The notes under the pieces: model-generated
The model's database searches: none
The model's input: the letters and a program-made list of their open reading frames with translations, nothing else
Told to the model about the DNA's origin: nothing
Assembly (NCBI RefSeq): GCF_963921235.1
Contig: NC_086118.1
Span: 27,096,001-27,160,000, forward strand
Length of the DNA: 64,000 nt
Direction: 5' to 3'
Source: Mobula hypostoma
Lineage: Eukaryota
Shown here: positions 10,658 to 23,244 of the stretch, piece after piece
Numbering within the stretch: position 1 is the stretch's first letter
Layout: each line of letters starts with the position of its first letter
Translations under genes and position numbers: made by a program

Positions 10658-13600
10658 TAACCCCCCCCCAGAACCGGCGATACCTCCCCCAATGTCCACA
10701 GTCTGGATCGGCCTCTGTTTGGGAGGTCTGCCTCTGCGCCGCTGTGCCTGAGCCTGGACCGGTTGCACCAAGTCCACATGGGCCGGTTTGAGTCGGTCCA
10801 CCGTGAAAACCTCCTCTCTCCCCCCAATGTCCAGCACGAACGTGGACCCGTTGTTGCTGATCACCTTAAACGGCCCCTCGTAGGGCCGCTGTAGCGGTGC
10901 CTGGTGTCCGCCCCGTCGTACAAAAAGAAACTTACAGTTCTGCAGGTCTTTGGGTACGCAGGTCGGGCTCTGTCCGTGCTGTGAAGTGGGTATGGGGGCC
11001 AGGTTACCGAGCCTCTCCCGTAGTCTGTCCAGGACTGCTGTGGGTTCTTCCTCTTGCCCCCTTGGGGCTGGTATGAACTCTCCTGGGACGACCAGGGGCG
11101 CGCCGTACACCAACTCGGCCGACGAGGTGTGTAGATCCTCTTTGGGCGCCGTGCGGATTCCGAGCAGGACCCAGGGAAGTTCGTCCACCCAGTTAGGCCC
11201 CTCCAGGCGGGCCATGAGAGCCGATTTCAGGTGACGGTGGAAGCGCTCCACTAGTCCGTTCGACTGTGGGTGGTAGGCAGTTGTGTGGTGTAGCTGTGTT
11301 CCTAAAAGTCTGGCCATAGCCGACCACAGGCTGGAGGTGAACTGGGCGCCCCTGTCGGAGGTAATGTGGGCCGATACCCCAAAGCGGGCTACCCAGGTTG
11401 CGATCAGTGCTCGGGCGCAGGATTCGGAGGTGGTGTCGCTGAGCGGGACTGCCTCTGGCCATCTGGTGAACCAGTCTATCATAGTTAGCAGGTACCGCGC
11501 TCCTCGTGACACTGGCAGGGGCCCCACGATATCCACATGGATGTGGTCGAACCTCCGGCGGGTGGGTTCGAATCGCTGCGGTGGAGCCTTGGTGTGCCGC
11601 TGCACCTTGGCCGTTTGGCACTGCATACACGTTTTGGCCCATTCACTGACCTGTTTACGAAGTCCATGCCACACGAACCTGTTGGAGACCAGCCGGACAG
11701 TCGTCCTGATGGAGGGGTGCGCTAAGTTGTGAATGGATTTGAACACCCGCCGGCGCCAGGCTGCTGGGACGACGGGGCGGGGTTGGCCGGTAGCTACGTC
11801 ACATAGTAGGGTCCTCTCACCTGGGCTTACGGGGAGGTCTTGGAGCTGCAAACCGGAGACTGCAGTCCTGTAACTGGGGATCTCAGTGTCTGCCTGCTGT
11901 GCCTCTGCCAGCGCTGCATAGTCCACCCCCTGGGACAGGGCCTGTATGGTAGGTCTGGAAAGTGCGTCTGCCACGACATTGTTCTTTCCAGAGACATGTC
12001 GGATGTCCGTCGTGTACTCGGAGATGTAGGACAGATGTCGCTGCTGGCGGGACGACCAGGGGTCGGACACCTTAGTGAACGCAAAGGTAAGCGGTTTGTG
12101 GCCTGTGAACGCGGTGAAGGGCCTACCTTCTAAGAAGTACCTGAAATGCCGGATTGCCAGGTATAGTGCCAATAGCTCCCGGTCGAAAGCACTGTATTTG
12201 AGTTCGGGTGGTCGTAGGTGTTTGCTGAAGAACGCCAGGGGTTGCCAGCGACCCTCGATGAGTTGTTCCAGCACTCCATCGACTGCTGTGTTGGATGCGT
12301 CCACCGTGAGGGCAGTAGGAACGTCCATTCTGGGGTGCACTAGCATCACGGCGTTCGCCAAGGCTTCCTTGGTTTTAACGAAAGCGGTTGCGGCCTCTTC
12401 GTTCCAGGTAATGTCCTTGCCCTTACCCGACATTAGAGTGAACAAGGGGCGCATGGTTCAGGCTGCTGAGGGGAGGAAACGGTGGTAGAAATTCACCATA
12501 CCCACAAATTCCTGCAAGCCTTTGATTGTGTTGGGTCGGGGGAAGTGGCGGACCGCGTCTACCTTGGCGGGCAGCGGGGTTGCCCCGCCTTTAGTAATCC
12601 TGTGGCCCAGGAAGTCGATGGTGTCGAGTCCGAACTGGCATTTGGCTGGATTGATTGTAAGGCCGAATTCACTCAGGTGGGAGTAGAGCTGGCGGAGGTG
12701 GGACAGATGCTCCTGCCGACTACTGCTGGCTATGAGGATGTCGTCCAAATAGATGAATGCAAAGTCCAGGTCGCATCCCACCGCGTCCATTAGCCGCTGG
12801 AAAGTCTGTGCGGCGTTCTTTAGACCAAACGGCATTCGGAGGAATTCGAAAAGTCCGAACGGGGTGATAAGTGCTGTTTTGGGGATGTCGTCCGGATGTA
12901 CAGGGATTTGATGGTATCCCCGGACGAGGTCTACCTTGGAAAAGATCCTTGCGCCGTGTAGGTTTGCTGCGAAGTCTTGAATGTGCGGCACAGGGTAGCA
13001 GTCTGGCGTTGTAGCCTCGTTCAGTCTGCGGTAGTCACCGCATGGTCTCCAGCACCCCGTTGCCTTGGGCACCATGTGAAGGGGGGAGGCCCATGGGCTG
13101 TCGGACCGTCGTATGATCCCTAATTCCTCCATCTTCTTGAACTCCTCCTTCGCCAGTCGGAGCTTGTCCGAGGGATGCCTTCGAGCACGGGCGTGGAGGG
13201 GTGGTCCCTGGGTCGGGATGTGGTGCTGTACTCCGTGTCTGGGCATGGCTGCCGTGAACTGCGGTGTCAGTACTGATGGGAAATCCGCCAGGACCCTGGT
13301 GAATTCATCGTCGGACGGCGTGATGGAGTCCAGGTGTGGGGCTGGCAACTTTACTTCACCCAGGGAGAATGTTTGAAAAGTCTTGGCGTGAACTAATCGC
13401 TTCCCTTGCAAGTCGACCAGCAGGCTGTGGGCTCATAGAAAATCTGCCCCCAGCAGTGGTTGGGCCACGGCGGCCAGTGTGAAGTCCCACGTGAACCGGC
13501 TGGAGCTGAACTGTAGCCGCACTGTGCGGGTGCCGTAGGTTCGTATTGTGCTGCCATTAGCGGCCCTCAGGGTGGGTCCCGGTTCTCTGTTGCGGGTGTC

Positions 13601-14422
13601 GTAACTCGTTGGAGGTAAGATGCTGATCTCCGCTCCGGTGTCGACCAAAAAGCGGCGTCTCGACTGCTTGTCCCAGACGTACAGGAGGCTGTCCTGATGG
13701 CCAGCCGCCGTAGCGATGGGCAGCGGCTGGGCCTTGGCGTTTCCCGGGAATTTGCAGGGCGGTCTGCAGCGGCAGGCCTCCGTGCCCCACTGCTGGTGGT
13801 AGAAACACCATTGTTCGTTGGGCTCCTCACTCCCGTCGCCGGGTTTTGTAGGCTCTGCTGCCGGGCCCGGTCTGGTCTGTCGTTGGGCACGCGGCTTGGT
13901 GATCTGTGCGACGGATGCCCCTCTCTCTTTCCTGGCATTCCACAGCACATCTGCTTGGGCCGCCACCTCCCGGGGTTTGCTGAAATCTGCGTCGGACAGC
14001 AGCAGGCATATGTCCTCGGGCAGTTGCTCTAGGAACGCCTGCTCAAACATGAGGCAGGGTTTGTGTCCTTCAGCCAGAGCCAGCATCTCATTCATTAATG
14101 CTGACGGCGGCCTGTCTCCCAAACCATTCAGGTGCATTAAGCGGCGTGCTCGTTCGCACCGTAAGAGTCCGAAAGTCCTTATGAGCAGGGTTTTGAATGC
14201 TGTGTATTTGCTATCCTCCGGGGGCGACTGTATAAACTCCTCAACTTGTGCAGCAGTCTCCTGGTCGAGGGAGCTCAGCACGTAGTAGTAGCGAGTGGAC
14301 TCCGAGGTTATCTGCCGAATGTGGAATTGTGCTTCTGCCTGTTCGAACCATAAATGGGGTCGCAGCGTCCAGAAGCCTGGCAGTTCTAATGAAACTGCGT
14401 GAACAGATGCAGCGTTGGTCAT
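10559..14422 (-). pseudogene. Single gag-pol ORF (about 1288 codons) with two in-frame TGA stops
   Basis: ORFs 13433-14482, 12458-13411 and 10559-12454 share one frame. Motifs: Gag LPGFW..WFEQAEAQF and CFYH-x9-C-x3-C, protease LVDTGA, RT YLDD, RNase H TVDAS, integrase HHCC, DDE and YEGPF. Confidence 0.92.
10658..10675 (-). promoter_or_regulatory. Polypurine tract
   Basis: A G9 run (GGGGGGGGG-TTA) directly precedes the 3' LTR on the minus strand. Confidence 0.85.
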
Positions 14423-14446
14423 CTCTGGTCCAAATATCGTTTGGAC

Positions 14447-14460
14447 CGTCGGGGTCACCA
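14447..14460 (-). promoter_or_regulatory. Primer-binding site, tRNA-Trp type
   Basis: TGGTGACCCCGACG matches the first 14 nt of the known tRNA-Trp PBS (TGGTGACCCCGACGTGAT). Confidence 0.9.
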
Positions 14461-14462
14461 AT

Positions 14463-14657
14463 TGTAGCGATGTGCTACACACAGCGCTAGAATAACCACA
14501 CGGAGTCGGTGAGTTGGAGTTGCGATGAAAGAGGTTTATTCAAACTTCGCGGCCCGCTTTAAAGCCTTCCCGTTCCCGCCCTTTTTGCTGCCCGCCCTCT
14601 GCCTGCGCGCGCTGTTTCGTGAGCCGGTTCGTGGGTGTCAGAAAGTGGGTCGCCACA
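14463..14657 (-). repeat. 5' LTR of Gypsy element
   Basis: Minus strand TGTGGCG...CGCTACA, followed 2 nt later by the PBS. Confidence 0.97.
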
Positions 14658-16467
14658 ATACATTATTATTATACATTATTCATAGTGTACACTTTCCATT
14701 GCTCTGATCAAACCATCCCTGAGCAAGAACCATTGCAAAGAAAATTTCTCAAAATGATGACTGCAAGAACAGACTTACAAAATGGCAGCCTCCATTCCTC
14801 TGACCACATGGCAAGAACCAAAGACGTGATTAGTCTACTTCTATTGTCCTTTACTCTTTCCGGTTAAATGTTTTGCAGATTCTTTGTGGCCAACAAAATA
14901 AAAGGGAAGACATACATAACTCAAGGAGTAAAAAAAAATCTGAAATGAGCAGAGAATATAAAAACTTCAGTTTTCAATGTGGATTCTCAGAGTTGTTGCA
15001 TAAAGTAATGCAAGGTTTAAAAATACTTTAAATGTTAAAGAATACAGTAAAGCTAAACACACAAATGATTGACTGGGCTTTGTCTTCAAGAACCTTAATT
15101 TAGGAAAGATATTTTGACTGAGGAGAAAGTTCAGAAAATATTCTCAATAATATCACAGTGTTGTTCGGGGGGTACTTCTAGTTATGGAAAAGATTAGAGA
15201 CTTTGGGTTCGTAATAGAATTTTTAAAAAAGAATGTTATCCTGTGCTTTGTTTTCCTTCGAGTATAAGAACACTATTGCCTAAAAATTGGAGTTTACTCT
15301 TCATTTGTAAACAAAATACATGCTTTCTATAACATCTGATCAGACCCGCAGAATAATTCATAAAGCTCAACAAAAGAGTGTTAAGAGCAGCCTAGGACAA
15401 TTTGCACTGAAAAGAGATGCATGGGGAGAGGTCTGACAAGCATGTATTCCTTGTATCACTTCTGCACAGTTAGAGCTTAAAAGAGCTCTCCGTACGACAT
15501 GCACAAAACAGCTGCAGAAAAGGCTGTTGTGGAAGGTGAAACAAAATCTGTGACATGATGGACAAAGTGATTTCCAGCACGTCAGGTGGGGGATCTGCCC
15601 TGATCATGTCTGTTGGAATGCGATCAAAGGGTCAGAGCTAAGTTTGAGGGGCAATGTTTAAAGAAGTTTCAAGAGGCAATTGGGTATTCAATTACCTTGA
15701 ATACGCTGCCAGAGGGTGTGATGGAAACAGATACAAGAGCTGTGTTTAACAAGCATTTACTGAGAATCACTGGCAGGAGGGGAATAGAGGGATATCAGCG
15801 ATGTGCAGGCAGAAGGGATTAGTTTAGATTGACATTATGATTATCATTGCTGGTGAGCTTGTATCTGTGCTGTACTGTTCTATGTTCTACAGCCGCATGC
15901 AGCTGAGATGTAAAGTGTGTAAAGAAACCATGAGCAGTGACGGGACAGTCACTGCAGCAGTCTCTATTGCTCTGACCATTGAAATCAGGCTGGGAGATGT
16001 TGTGTGTAAAAATCAACGTCACAACACAAACCTTTAATAGATATCTCAATGCCTTTCTCTCTTTTTAATGTAGTTTTCAATAAAAGTTGCAGTGTGCACC
16101 CTAGCGCTCCCTTTTATTACACCAAGGAAGAAACACACGGATGATGTCATTTGAAGTGTGACAAATGTTGGGATATCCTAGAGCACAATAAGTTGAATCA
16201 CAAAAATCTACAGCCCATTTCTCAATGGCCAGAACTCTGGTCCATTAGTGTCCACCCGTTAGTGTGTGCTGGTGCAGATAGATCAATAGTATGCATGATT
16301 TCCCATGCTCAGCATGATATAGTTTATAGAATGATATCTATTGATTAGTGAGTTGGGAACCAGAGGGCTTAAATTTGAGGTAAATCCTAAAGAGAATCAG
16401 AATCAGAATCAGGTTTAATATCACCAGAGTAAACTTCGTTAACTTTGCGGTAGCAGAATAATACAAT

Positions 16468-17400
16468 ATTGAATTGAATTGAATTGAATTAACTTTATTT
16501 CTTACATCCTTCACATACGTGAAGAGTAAGTCTTCACATTATGTCTCCATCTAAATGTGTAATATGCAATTTATAGTAATTTGTAATAAATAGTATGCAC
16601 AACAGCACTGTCAATATAGCATAGAAATACAACTGTATCAACGTGAATTAATCAGTCTGTTGGCCTGGTGGAAGAAGCTGTCCCGGAGCCTGTTGGTCCT
16701 GGTTTTTATGCTGCGGTACCATTTCCCGGATGGTAGTAGCTGGAACAGTTTGTGGTTGGGGTTACTCAGGTCCCCAGTGATCCTTCGGGCTCTTTTTATG
16801 CACCTGTCTCTGTAAGTGTCCTGAACAGCGGGAAGTTCACATCTTCAGATGTGCTGGGCTGTCCGCCCCATTCTCTGCAGAGTCCTGCAATTGAGTGAAG
16901 TACAATTCCCATATCAGGCAATGATGCAGCCAGTCAGGATGCTGTCAATTGTGCCCTTGTAGAAAGTCCTTAGGAATGGGGGACTATTACCAAACTTCTT
17001 CAACCATCTGAGGTGAAAGAGGCACAGTTGTGCTTTTTTCACCACACAGCCGGTATGTACAGATCATGTGAGATCCTTGATGATGTGTATGCCGAGGAAC
17101 TTAAAGCTGTTCATCCTCTCAACCTGTCCCCATTCTTCCTCTAGTCCACAACCAGCCTCTTTGTTTTTGCGACATTGAGGGATAGGTTGTTTTCTTGACA
17201 CCACTGTGTCAGGGTGATGACTTTTTCTTTGTAGGCTGCCTCGATATTATTTGAGATAAGGCCAATCAATGTAGTATCATCAGCAAATTTAATTAGCAGA
17301 TTGGAGCTGTGGGTGGCGACACAGTCATGGGTATACAGAGAGAAAAGGAGGGGGCTTAGGACACAGCCCTGAGGGGCTCCTGAGTTGACGGCCAAAGAGG
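16468..17400 (-). mobile_element. Rex/Babar-like LINE 3' portion
   Basis: ORF 17141-17395 has GAPQGCVLSPLLFSLYTHDC..KFADDTTLIGLI. The (TTCAA)n tail lies at 16468-16490. Confidence 0.85.
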
Positions 17401-17429
17401 CAGAGATGCATGATAAATGTAGAAAGAAG

Positions 17430-18110
17430 CTGAATCAGATTTATTACCAACGGCATGTGCCATGAAAATTCTTAACTTAGCGACAGCAGTACAATGCAAT
17501 ACATGAAAATGTAGAAAGGAAAAAAATAAGTAAATCGATTACATTAAGTATATATATGTATATTAAGTAGATTAAAAATAGTGCAAAAACAGAAATAATA
17601 TATATTATAACAGTGAGGTAGTGTTCATGGGTTCAATGTCCATTTGGGAATCGTATGGTAGAGGGGGAAGAAGCTGTTCCTGAATCGCTGAGTGTGTGCC
17701 TTCAGGCTTCTGTACCTCCTACATGATGGTAACAGTGAGAAAAGGGCATGCCCTGCTGATGGGAGTCCTTAATAATAGACACGGCCTTTCTGAGGCTCCT
17801 TTCCTTGAAGATGTCTTGGATATTGTGGAGGCTAGTACTCAAGATGGAACTGACTAATTTCACAACTTTCTGTAGCTTCTTTTGTTATAGGCTCCTTCTG
17901 CCCATACCAGACAGTGATACAGCCTGTCAGAATGCTCTCCATAGTACATCTATAGAAGTTTTCGAGTGTTTAGGTGACTATGGTTGTATCATCCGTAAAT
18001 TTATAGATGGTATTTGTGCTGTATCTAGCCACACAGTCATGGGTATAGAGGGAGTAGAGCAGTGGGTTAAGCATACATCCCTGAGTTGTTACAGTGTTGA
18101 TCTTCAGCGA
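17430..18110 (-). mobile_element. Rex/Babar-like LINE 3' fragment, internally deleted
   Basis: Homologous to 19040-19860, with an RT remnant CLTHCSTPSIPMT / YTHDCVA near 18030-18080. Confidence 0.6.
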
Positions 18111-18272
18111 GCTAAAGACAGAATTACAGTGAGTGTGTATATATATGAATATTAAATAGTTTAATTAAGATAAGTAGTGCAGAAACAGAAATTAAAAGAA
18201 AAGTAGTGAGATAGTGTTCATCAAAGTTGCTGGTGAACGCAGCAGGCCAGGCAGCATCTCTAGGAAGAGGTG

Positions 18273-18310
18273 CAGTCGACGTTTCGAGCCGAGACCCTTC
18301 GTCAGGACTA
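18273..18310 (-). ncRNA. Minimal hammerhead ribozyme
   Basis: TAGTC-CTGACGA-AGGGTCTCGGCTC-GAAACGTC-GACTG. Confidence 0.75.
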
Positions 18311-18904
18311 ACTGAAGGAAGAGCTAGTAAGGGATTTGAAAGTTGGAGGGGGAGGGGGAGATCCAAAATGATAGGAGAAGACAGGAGGGGGAGGGATGGA
18401 GCCAAGAGCTGGACAGGTGATAAGCAAAAGGGATACAAGAGGATCATGGGACAGGAGGTCCGGGAAGAAAGACAAGGAGTGGGGGGTGGGGGGACCCAGA
18501 TGATGGGCAAGGGATATATTCAGAGGGACAGAGGGAGAAAAAGGAGAGTGAGAGAAAGAATGTGTGTATAAAAATAAGTAATGGATGGGGTACGAGGAGG
18601 AGGTGGGGCATTAGCGGAAGTTAGAGAAGTCGATGTTCATGCCATCAGGTTGGACGCTACCCAGACAGAATATAAGGTGTTGTTCCTCCAACCTGAGTGT
18701 GGCTTCATCTTTACAGTAGAGTACAGTGTCTTTCTTCCCCGACCTCCTGACCCATGATCCTCTCGTATCCCTTTTGCCTATCACCTGTCCAGATCTTGGC
18801 TCTTGGCTCTTGGCTCCATCCCTCCCCCTCCTGTCTTCTCCTATCATTTTGGATCTCCCCCTCCCCCTCCAACTTTCAAATCCCTTACTCACTCTTCCTT
18901 CAGT

Positions 18905-18942
18905 TAGTCCTGACGAAGGGTCTCAGCCTGAAACGTCGACTG
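18905..18942 (+). ncRNA. Minimal hammerhead ribozyme
   Basis: TAGTC-CTGACGA-AGGGTCTCAGCCT-GAAACGTC-GACTG. Confidence 0.75.
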
Positions 18943-19886
18943 CACCTCTTCCTAGAGATGCTACCTGGCCTGCTGCGTTCACCAGCAACTTTTATGTGTG
19001 TTGCTTGAATTTCCAGCATCTGCAGAATTCCTGTTGTTTGAGATAGTGTTCATGTTCATTTCGAAATCGGATGGCAGAGGGGAAGAAGCTGTTCTTGAAT
19101 CATCGAGTTTGTACCTTCAGGCTTCTGTATCTTCTTCCTGATGGTAACAATAAGAGGAGGGTATGCCCTTGGGTGTCCTTGAAGATAGAATCTGCTTTTC
19201 TGAGGCACCGCTCCTTGAAGGTGTCTTGGATACTATGGGGACGAGTATCTATGATTGTGCTGACTAATTTTACAACTCTCTGCAGCTTACTTCAATCCTG
19301 TGCAGTAGACCACCGCGCCCTGCCCCCCATATCTGACAGAGATGTAGCCAGTCAGAATGCTCTCATTGGTAAATCTGTCGAAGTTTTCAAGTGTTTTAGG
19401 TGAAACACCAAATCTCCTCAAACTCCTGATGAAATATAGCCACTGTCTTGCCTTCTTTATAGTTGCATCTATATGTTGAGACCAGGTTAGATCCTCAGAG
19501 ATATTGACACCCAGGAACTTGAAATTGCTCACTCTCTCCACTTCTGATTCCTCTACAAGGATTGTTTGTGTTCCCTCATCTTACCCTTCCTGAAGTCCAG
19601 AATCAGTTCTTTGGTCTTACTGACCTTGAGTGCAAGGTTGTTGCTGTGACACCACTCAACTAGCTGGTTTATCTTGCTCTGTAGGCCCTCTCGCCATCAT
19701 ATGAAATTCTGCCAACAATGGTTGTATCATCAGCAAATTTGTATATTATAGATGGTATTTGAGCTATACCTAGCCACACAGTCATGGGTGTATAGAGAGT
19801 AGAGGAATGGGTTAAGAGCACATCCCAGAGGCGTACTAGTGTTGATTGTCAGTGAGGTGATGTTTTTAAAAAACATAAATGTAAGT

Positions 19887-20078
19887 AGCCAGCTGGTGGC
19901 TTAGTGGCATCAGCGCCGGACTTTGGAGCGAAGGCTCCTGAGTTCGAATCCAGCTGGCTCCCTTGCACGCTTTCCATCTGGGTTGGGTTGAGCGTCGAGC
20001 TAGCAACTCGGCCTTGTAAAAATAAGAAAGCCTGCTAAAAAAACATCATCAACGTTAAGGGCTTTCTTCTTCTTCTTT
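19887..20078 (+). mobile_element. tRNA-derived SINE with (TTC)n tail
   Basis: A-box TGGCTTAGTGG, B-box GAGTTCGAATCC, acceptor-like stem AGCCAGC/GCTGGCT. TSD ATAAATGTA at 19875-19883 and 20079-20087. Confidence 0.85.
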
Positions 20079-22459
20079 ATAAATGTAGGTGAAGCATGCA
20101 AATGGAGATTGGAGCAGATCCTAAAGGGCTTTCGAAAATAATGTCAATAGCTATTTTGAAGAGTAAGGCAAAACATCAAAAGAATGAAGAGAAATAGCAG
20201 AACAGCAGATATAAACTGCACTCTTTACTGTAAAGGTAACATGGAGACTCCTTTCTAAACAATTGTCCATTACTTCGTCTTGTAACTTAACATCCTGATA
20301 AAAAGACAGTAATGCATTTTGATATAATGCAATTAACATTTGCTGACCTAACTTCGGCTAATGTGGATTCTTCCAAAGGTTTGGTATCTTTTACCTTTAC
20401 ATAAAACTATTAAAAGTCAATACTTTTTTTCCTAATAAGCTAAAGGAAGTGCATAATATAAACACAAGAGATTTTGTAGATGATGGAAATTTTGAGCAAC
20501 ACACACAAAATGGTGGAGGAACTCAAGATGTTAGGCAGCATTTATGTAGGAGAATAAGCAGTCGGCGTTTTGGGCCAACACTTCATCAGCCCCACATCTA
20601 GTACCTGAGAACTGTAGGAAAGCTGAACTGTCAGTAATTGGGAAACAGTGTGTGGAAGAGGATCACAGATACAACTGTAATAGGACAGCAAGTAGGCATG
20701 CGAAGAGTGGCTGTCAGCTGACCTCACTCACTCAGTCAGTGAATGAGTGATCCTGCTTAGCACTCCGGCCTTCTCACAGCCCAACCCAGCTCCTGATTGT
20801 TATAGTTTTGTGGGTGGGATTGGAGATGCGGGGTGAAATGCATATGGAAATTCCCAATTCCCACAGAGCAGAAGCTAACTGCAGCCTCGCAGTAACCATC
20901 AAATCCATTCCTATCTATCCCACTGGTCGCCCAACCCCTGCCCATGAGTATGGGATGTCCATACATCAGACATTGGTAAGTTGGTGAGTACCGTTGTTTG
21001 GTTTTATTTATGCACTTCTTATGATTGTTTTGAGGGTATGCATCATACCCCAGGATGGCAGTCATTGCCCAGTCCAGTTTGCCCACTGAATAGTTTGGGC
21101 CAACTACCCTCTTCAACCTGTACACTCCATGTTCAGACACATTAAACGTGTTGATGAGAAGTTCTTAGATTATCACCCTGTGACAGACAAGGAACATGGA
21201 TATCTGTCCAAACTAGGATAATATGGGGCAACATAGAAATGTTGGAAATGCTTGCTTTCATGTTTTTATTGCCCTTATTTTTCCAAGTGATTGAGATCCC
21301 ATAACTAATGTGCTGCCAAAGGTATCTCTGTAAATTAGCATCAATGTATTCTGTAAACAATAATATGCATTATAGTTATGTCAGTAGTGGGCGAATGCCA
21401 ATTTCAGAGATATTATTGGGGTATTGATCAAATTGCTTTGAATTGGAAAATATAGAACTTCTTAAATGTTGTTACTGCTCTAGGAAATTAGTTGAAAAGT
21501 CATTATACTCTTGTGGTTTTGTATCTGTAATGCTTTAAACATTTGGGAGGTGATTGAAGTTGTTCAAAGTCCCAAACTTCATATTGACAGGATTTATGTG
21601 ACTATTGCATTTCTGTTTTTAATCAGAGAGGATTTTTCAAGATTAGGGATTTATCACTGATAATTGCATTAATCACATGGGTGGCTAGTTAACTTCTCTA
21701 TTGGCTTTGGTCAGGCAATTGTGTGCATTAAATATTACCTTCCTTTAAATCAGTCCAGGCCATGGTATTGTCCATCTACTACCGGTGTTCACTGGATTGG
21801 ACTTTGTCATTATTTGTGGAATTCCTGATGGAGCTAAAAACTGTAACTATCCTTGAACAGCACAGCTACTGACTTAACGATACAGTAAAGTTCTGAGCTG
21901 AAGCATCTGGGTTCCATTTGCTGGGCTGCTGCCTCGTTCTGTTCAGTGTAACACTATAAAATGAATGAACGAATGATGCAAATTGTTATTTGTCACATGA
22001 AAATAAAGATGAATGTCTTCAACAGCATACTGGCAAGGCAGAAGAATATCCTGCTTCAAGAAGTATTGATTTACATTATTTGTGCTAAGATTTGTGGATT
22101 GAAACTATTCAGGTTTGAATGATAGATTTAATATCCCAGGAATTTCACTAGATTACCTTCATGGACTGAGAAGAATTTCAGATTTCCCTTTTTTCAAAAT
22201 TTTAAGTCGCAATCACTTAGAACAGCTGTGAAGGCAACATCCATCAATCAAGGACCCCTACCATCCAGGCCATACTCTCTTCTCATTGCCGCCATTGGGG
22301 AGGAGCCTTGGATCCCATTCCACCAGGTTCAGGAACATCAATTAGTCTTCATCCATCAATCTCATCAACCACCGTGGATAACTTCACTCACCTCCACACT
22401 AAATTGTTGTATTTGCACAATTTGTCTTCTTTTGCACATTGGTTGTCAGTCTTTGTTTG

Positions 22460-22910
22460 TGTGTCCCTCATCTTACCCTTTCTGAAGTCCATAGTCAGTT
22501 CTTTGATCTTACTGACATTGTGTGTAAGCTTGTTGCTGCAACACCTCTCAACGAGCTGATATGTCCCACTCTTGTACGCCCTCTCATCGCTATCTGAAAT
22601 TCTGCCAACAATAGTTATATCAACAGCAAACTTATAGAAGGCTTTTGAGCTGTGCATAGCCACACAGTCATGGGTATAGAGAGAGTAGAGCAGTGGGCTA
22701 AGCATACACCCCTGAGGTGCACCAGTGTTGATTGTCAGCAAGGTGGAGATGTTATTTAGGATCTGCACAGATTGGGGTCTTCCAGTTCGAAGTCAAGGAT
22801 CCATTTGTAAAGGCTCAGGTTTTTGAGCTTTTCGATCAGAACTGTAGGAATGATCGTGTTCAATGCTGAGCTATTGTCAATAAACAACATCCTGACAGAG
22901 GTATTTGTAA
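22460..22910 (-). mobile_element. Rex/Babar-like LINE RT fragment
   Basis: Reads [16 protein letters not shown] and NTGAPQGCMLSPLLYSLYTHDCVA..KFA.D. Confidence 0.8.
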
Positions 22911-23244
22911 TGCAAGACTTCCTTTCATAGAAACAAGCCACTTTGCTTTATATATACATATAAAGCAAATTATACCAAACCAAGCTCTCCTAGTTTGTGA
23001 CATGATTTCAATGGCTTGTTGGTGGGGGTGGGTTGGGGGGGGAGGTATTACAGTGGTGCCAGAGTCGTTGGACTGCAGAGTCAAAAGAAATCGGGTTTCT
23101 ATTTCTGCTTTGCTATTTAGCAAATTCTGCTGCAAAGTGCATGTGTGTAATTGCAAGATGTAAGCAGAGATGATTTCAGTCACCCTTTCCAGTTCTTAAT
23201 TGCCTGCTGCTGCTGGGTGATGCCCAGAAATGGACATACATATC

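Larger units (their letters stand above)
10463..14657 (-). mobile_element. Full-length Ty3/Gypsy LTR retrotransposon (CsRn1/Kabuki-like), 4195 bp
   Basis: Two 195-bp TG..CA LTRs, 4-bp TSD ATAC (10459-10462 and 14658-14661), PBS, PPT, and gag-PR-RT-RH-IN domain order. Confidence 0.97.
18222..19038. mobile_element. Penelope insertion made of two inverted pLTR arms, with 15-bp TSD
   Basis: TGAGATAGTGTTCAT at 18207-18221 and 19039-19053. Minus arm about 18222-18721, plus arm about 18727-19038. Confidence 0.9.
18115..19860 (-). mobile_element. Rex/Babar-like LINE fragment interrupted by a Penelope insertion
   Basis: ORF 19287-19541 reads ERVSNFKFLGVNISEDLTWSQHIDATIKKARQ.LYFIRSLRRFG. The host sequence resumes across the TSD. 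Confidence 0.75.

Noticed and set aside
10525..14707. Plus-strand ORFs in the Gypsy LTRs and body (MKEVYSNFAARF..)
   Set aside because: Antisense or GC-rich by-products with no env-like or other domain.
19887..19960. Functional tRNA gene
   Set aside because: The anticodon stem does not pair, and it is followed by a SINE body, (TTC)n tail and TSD, so it is a SINE head.
20630..20995. Possible Tigger/pogo MITE
   Set aside because: Only one degenerate TIR-like end (about 20945-20995) is visible; no matching end or TSD could be confirmed.
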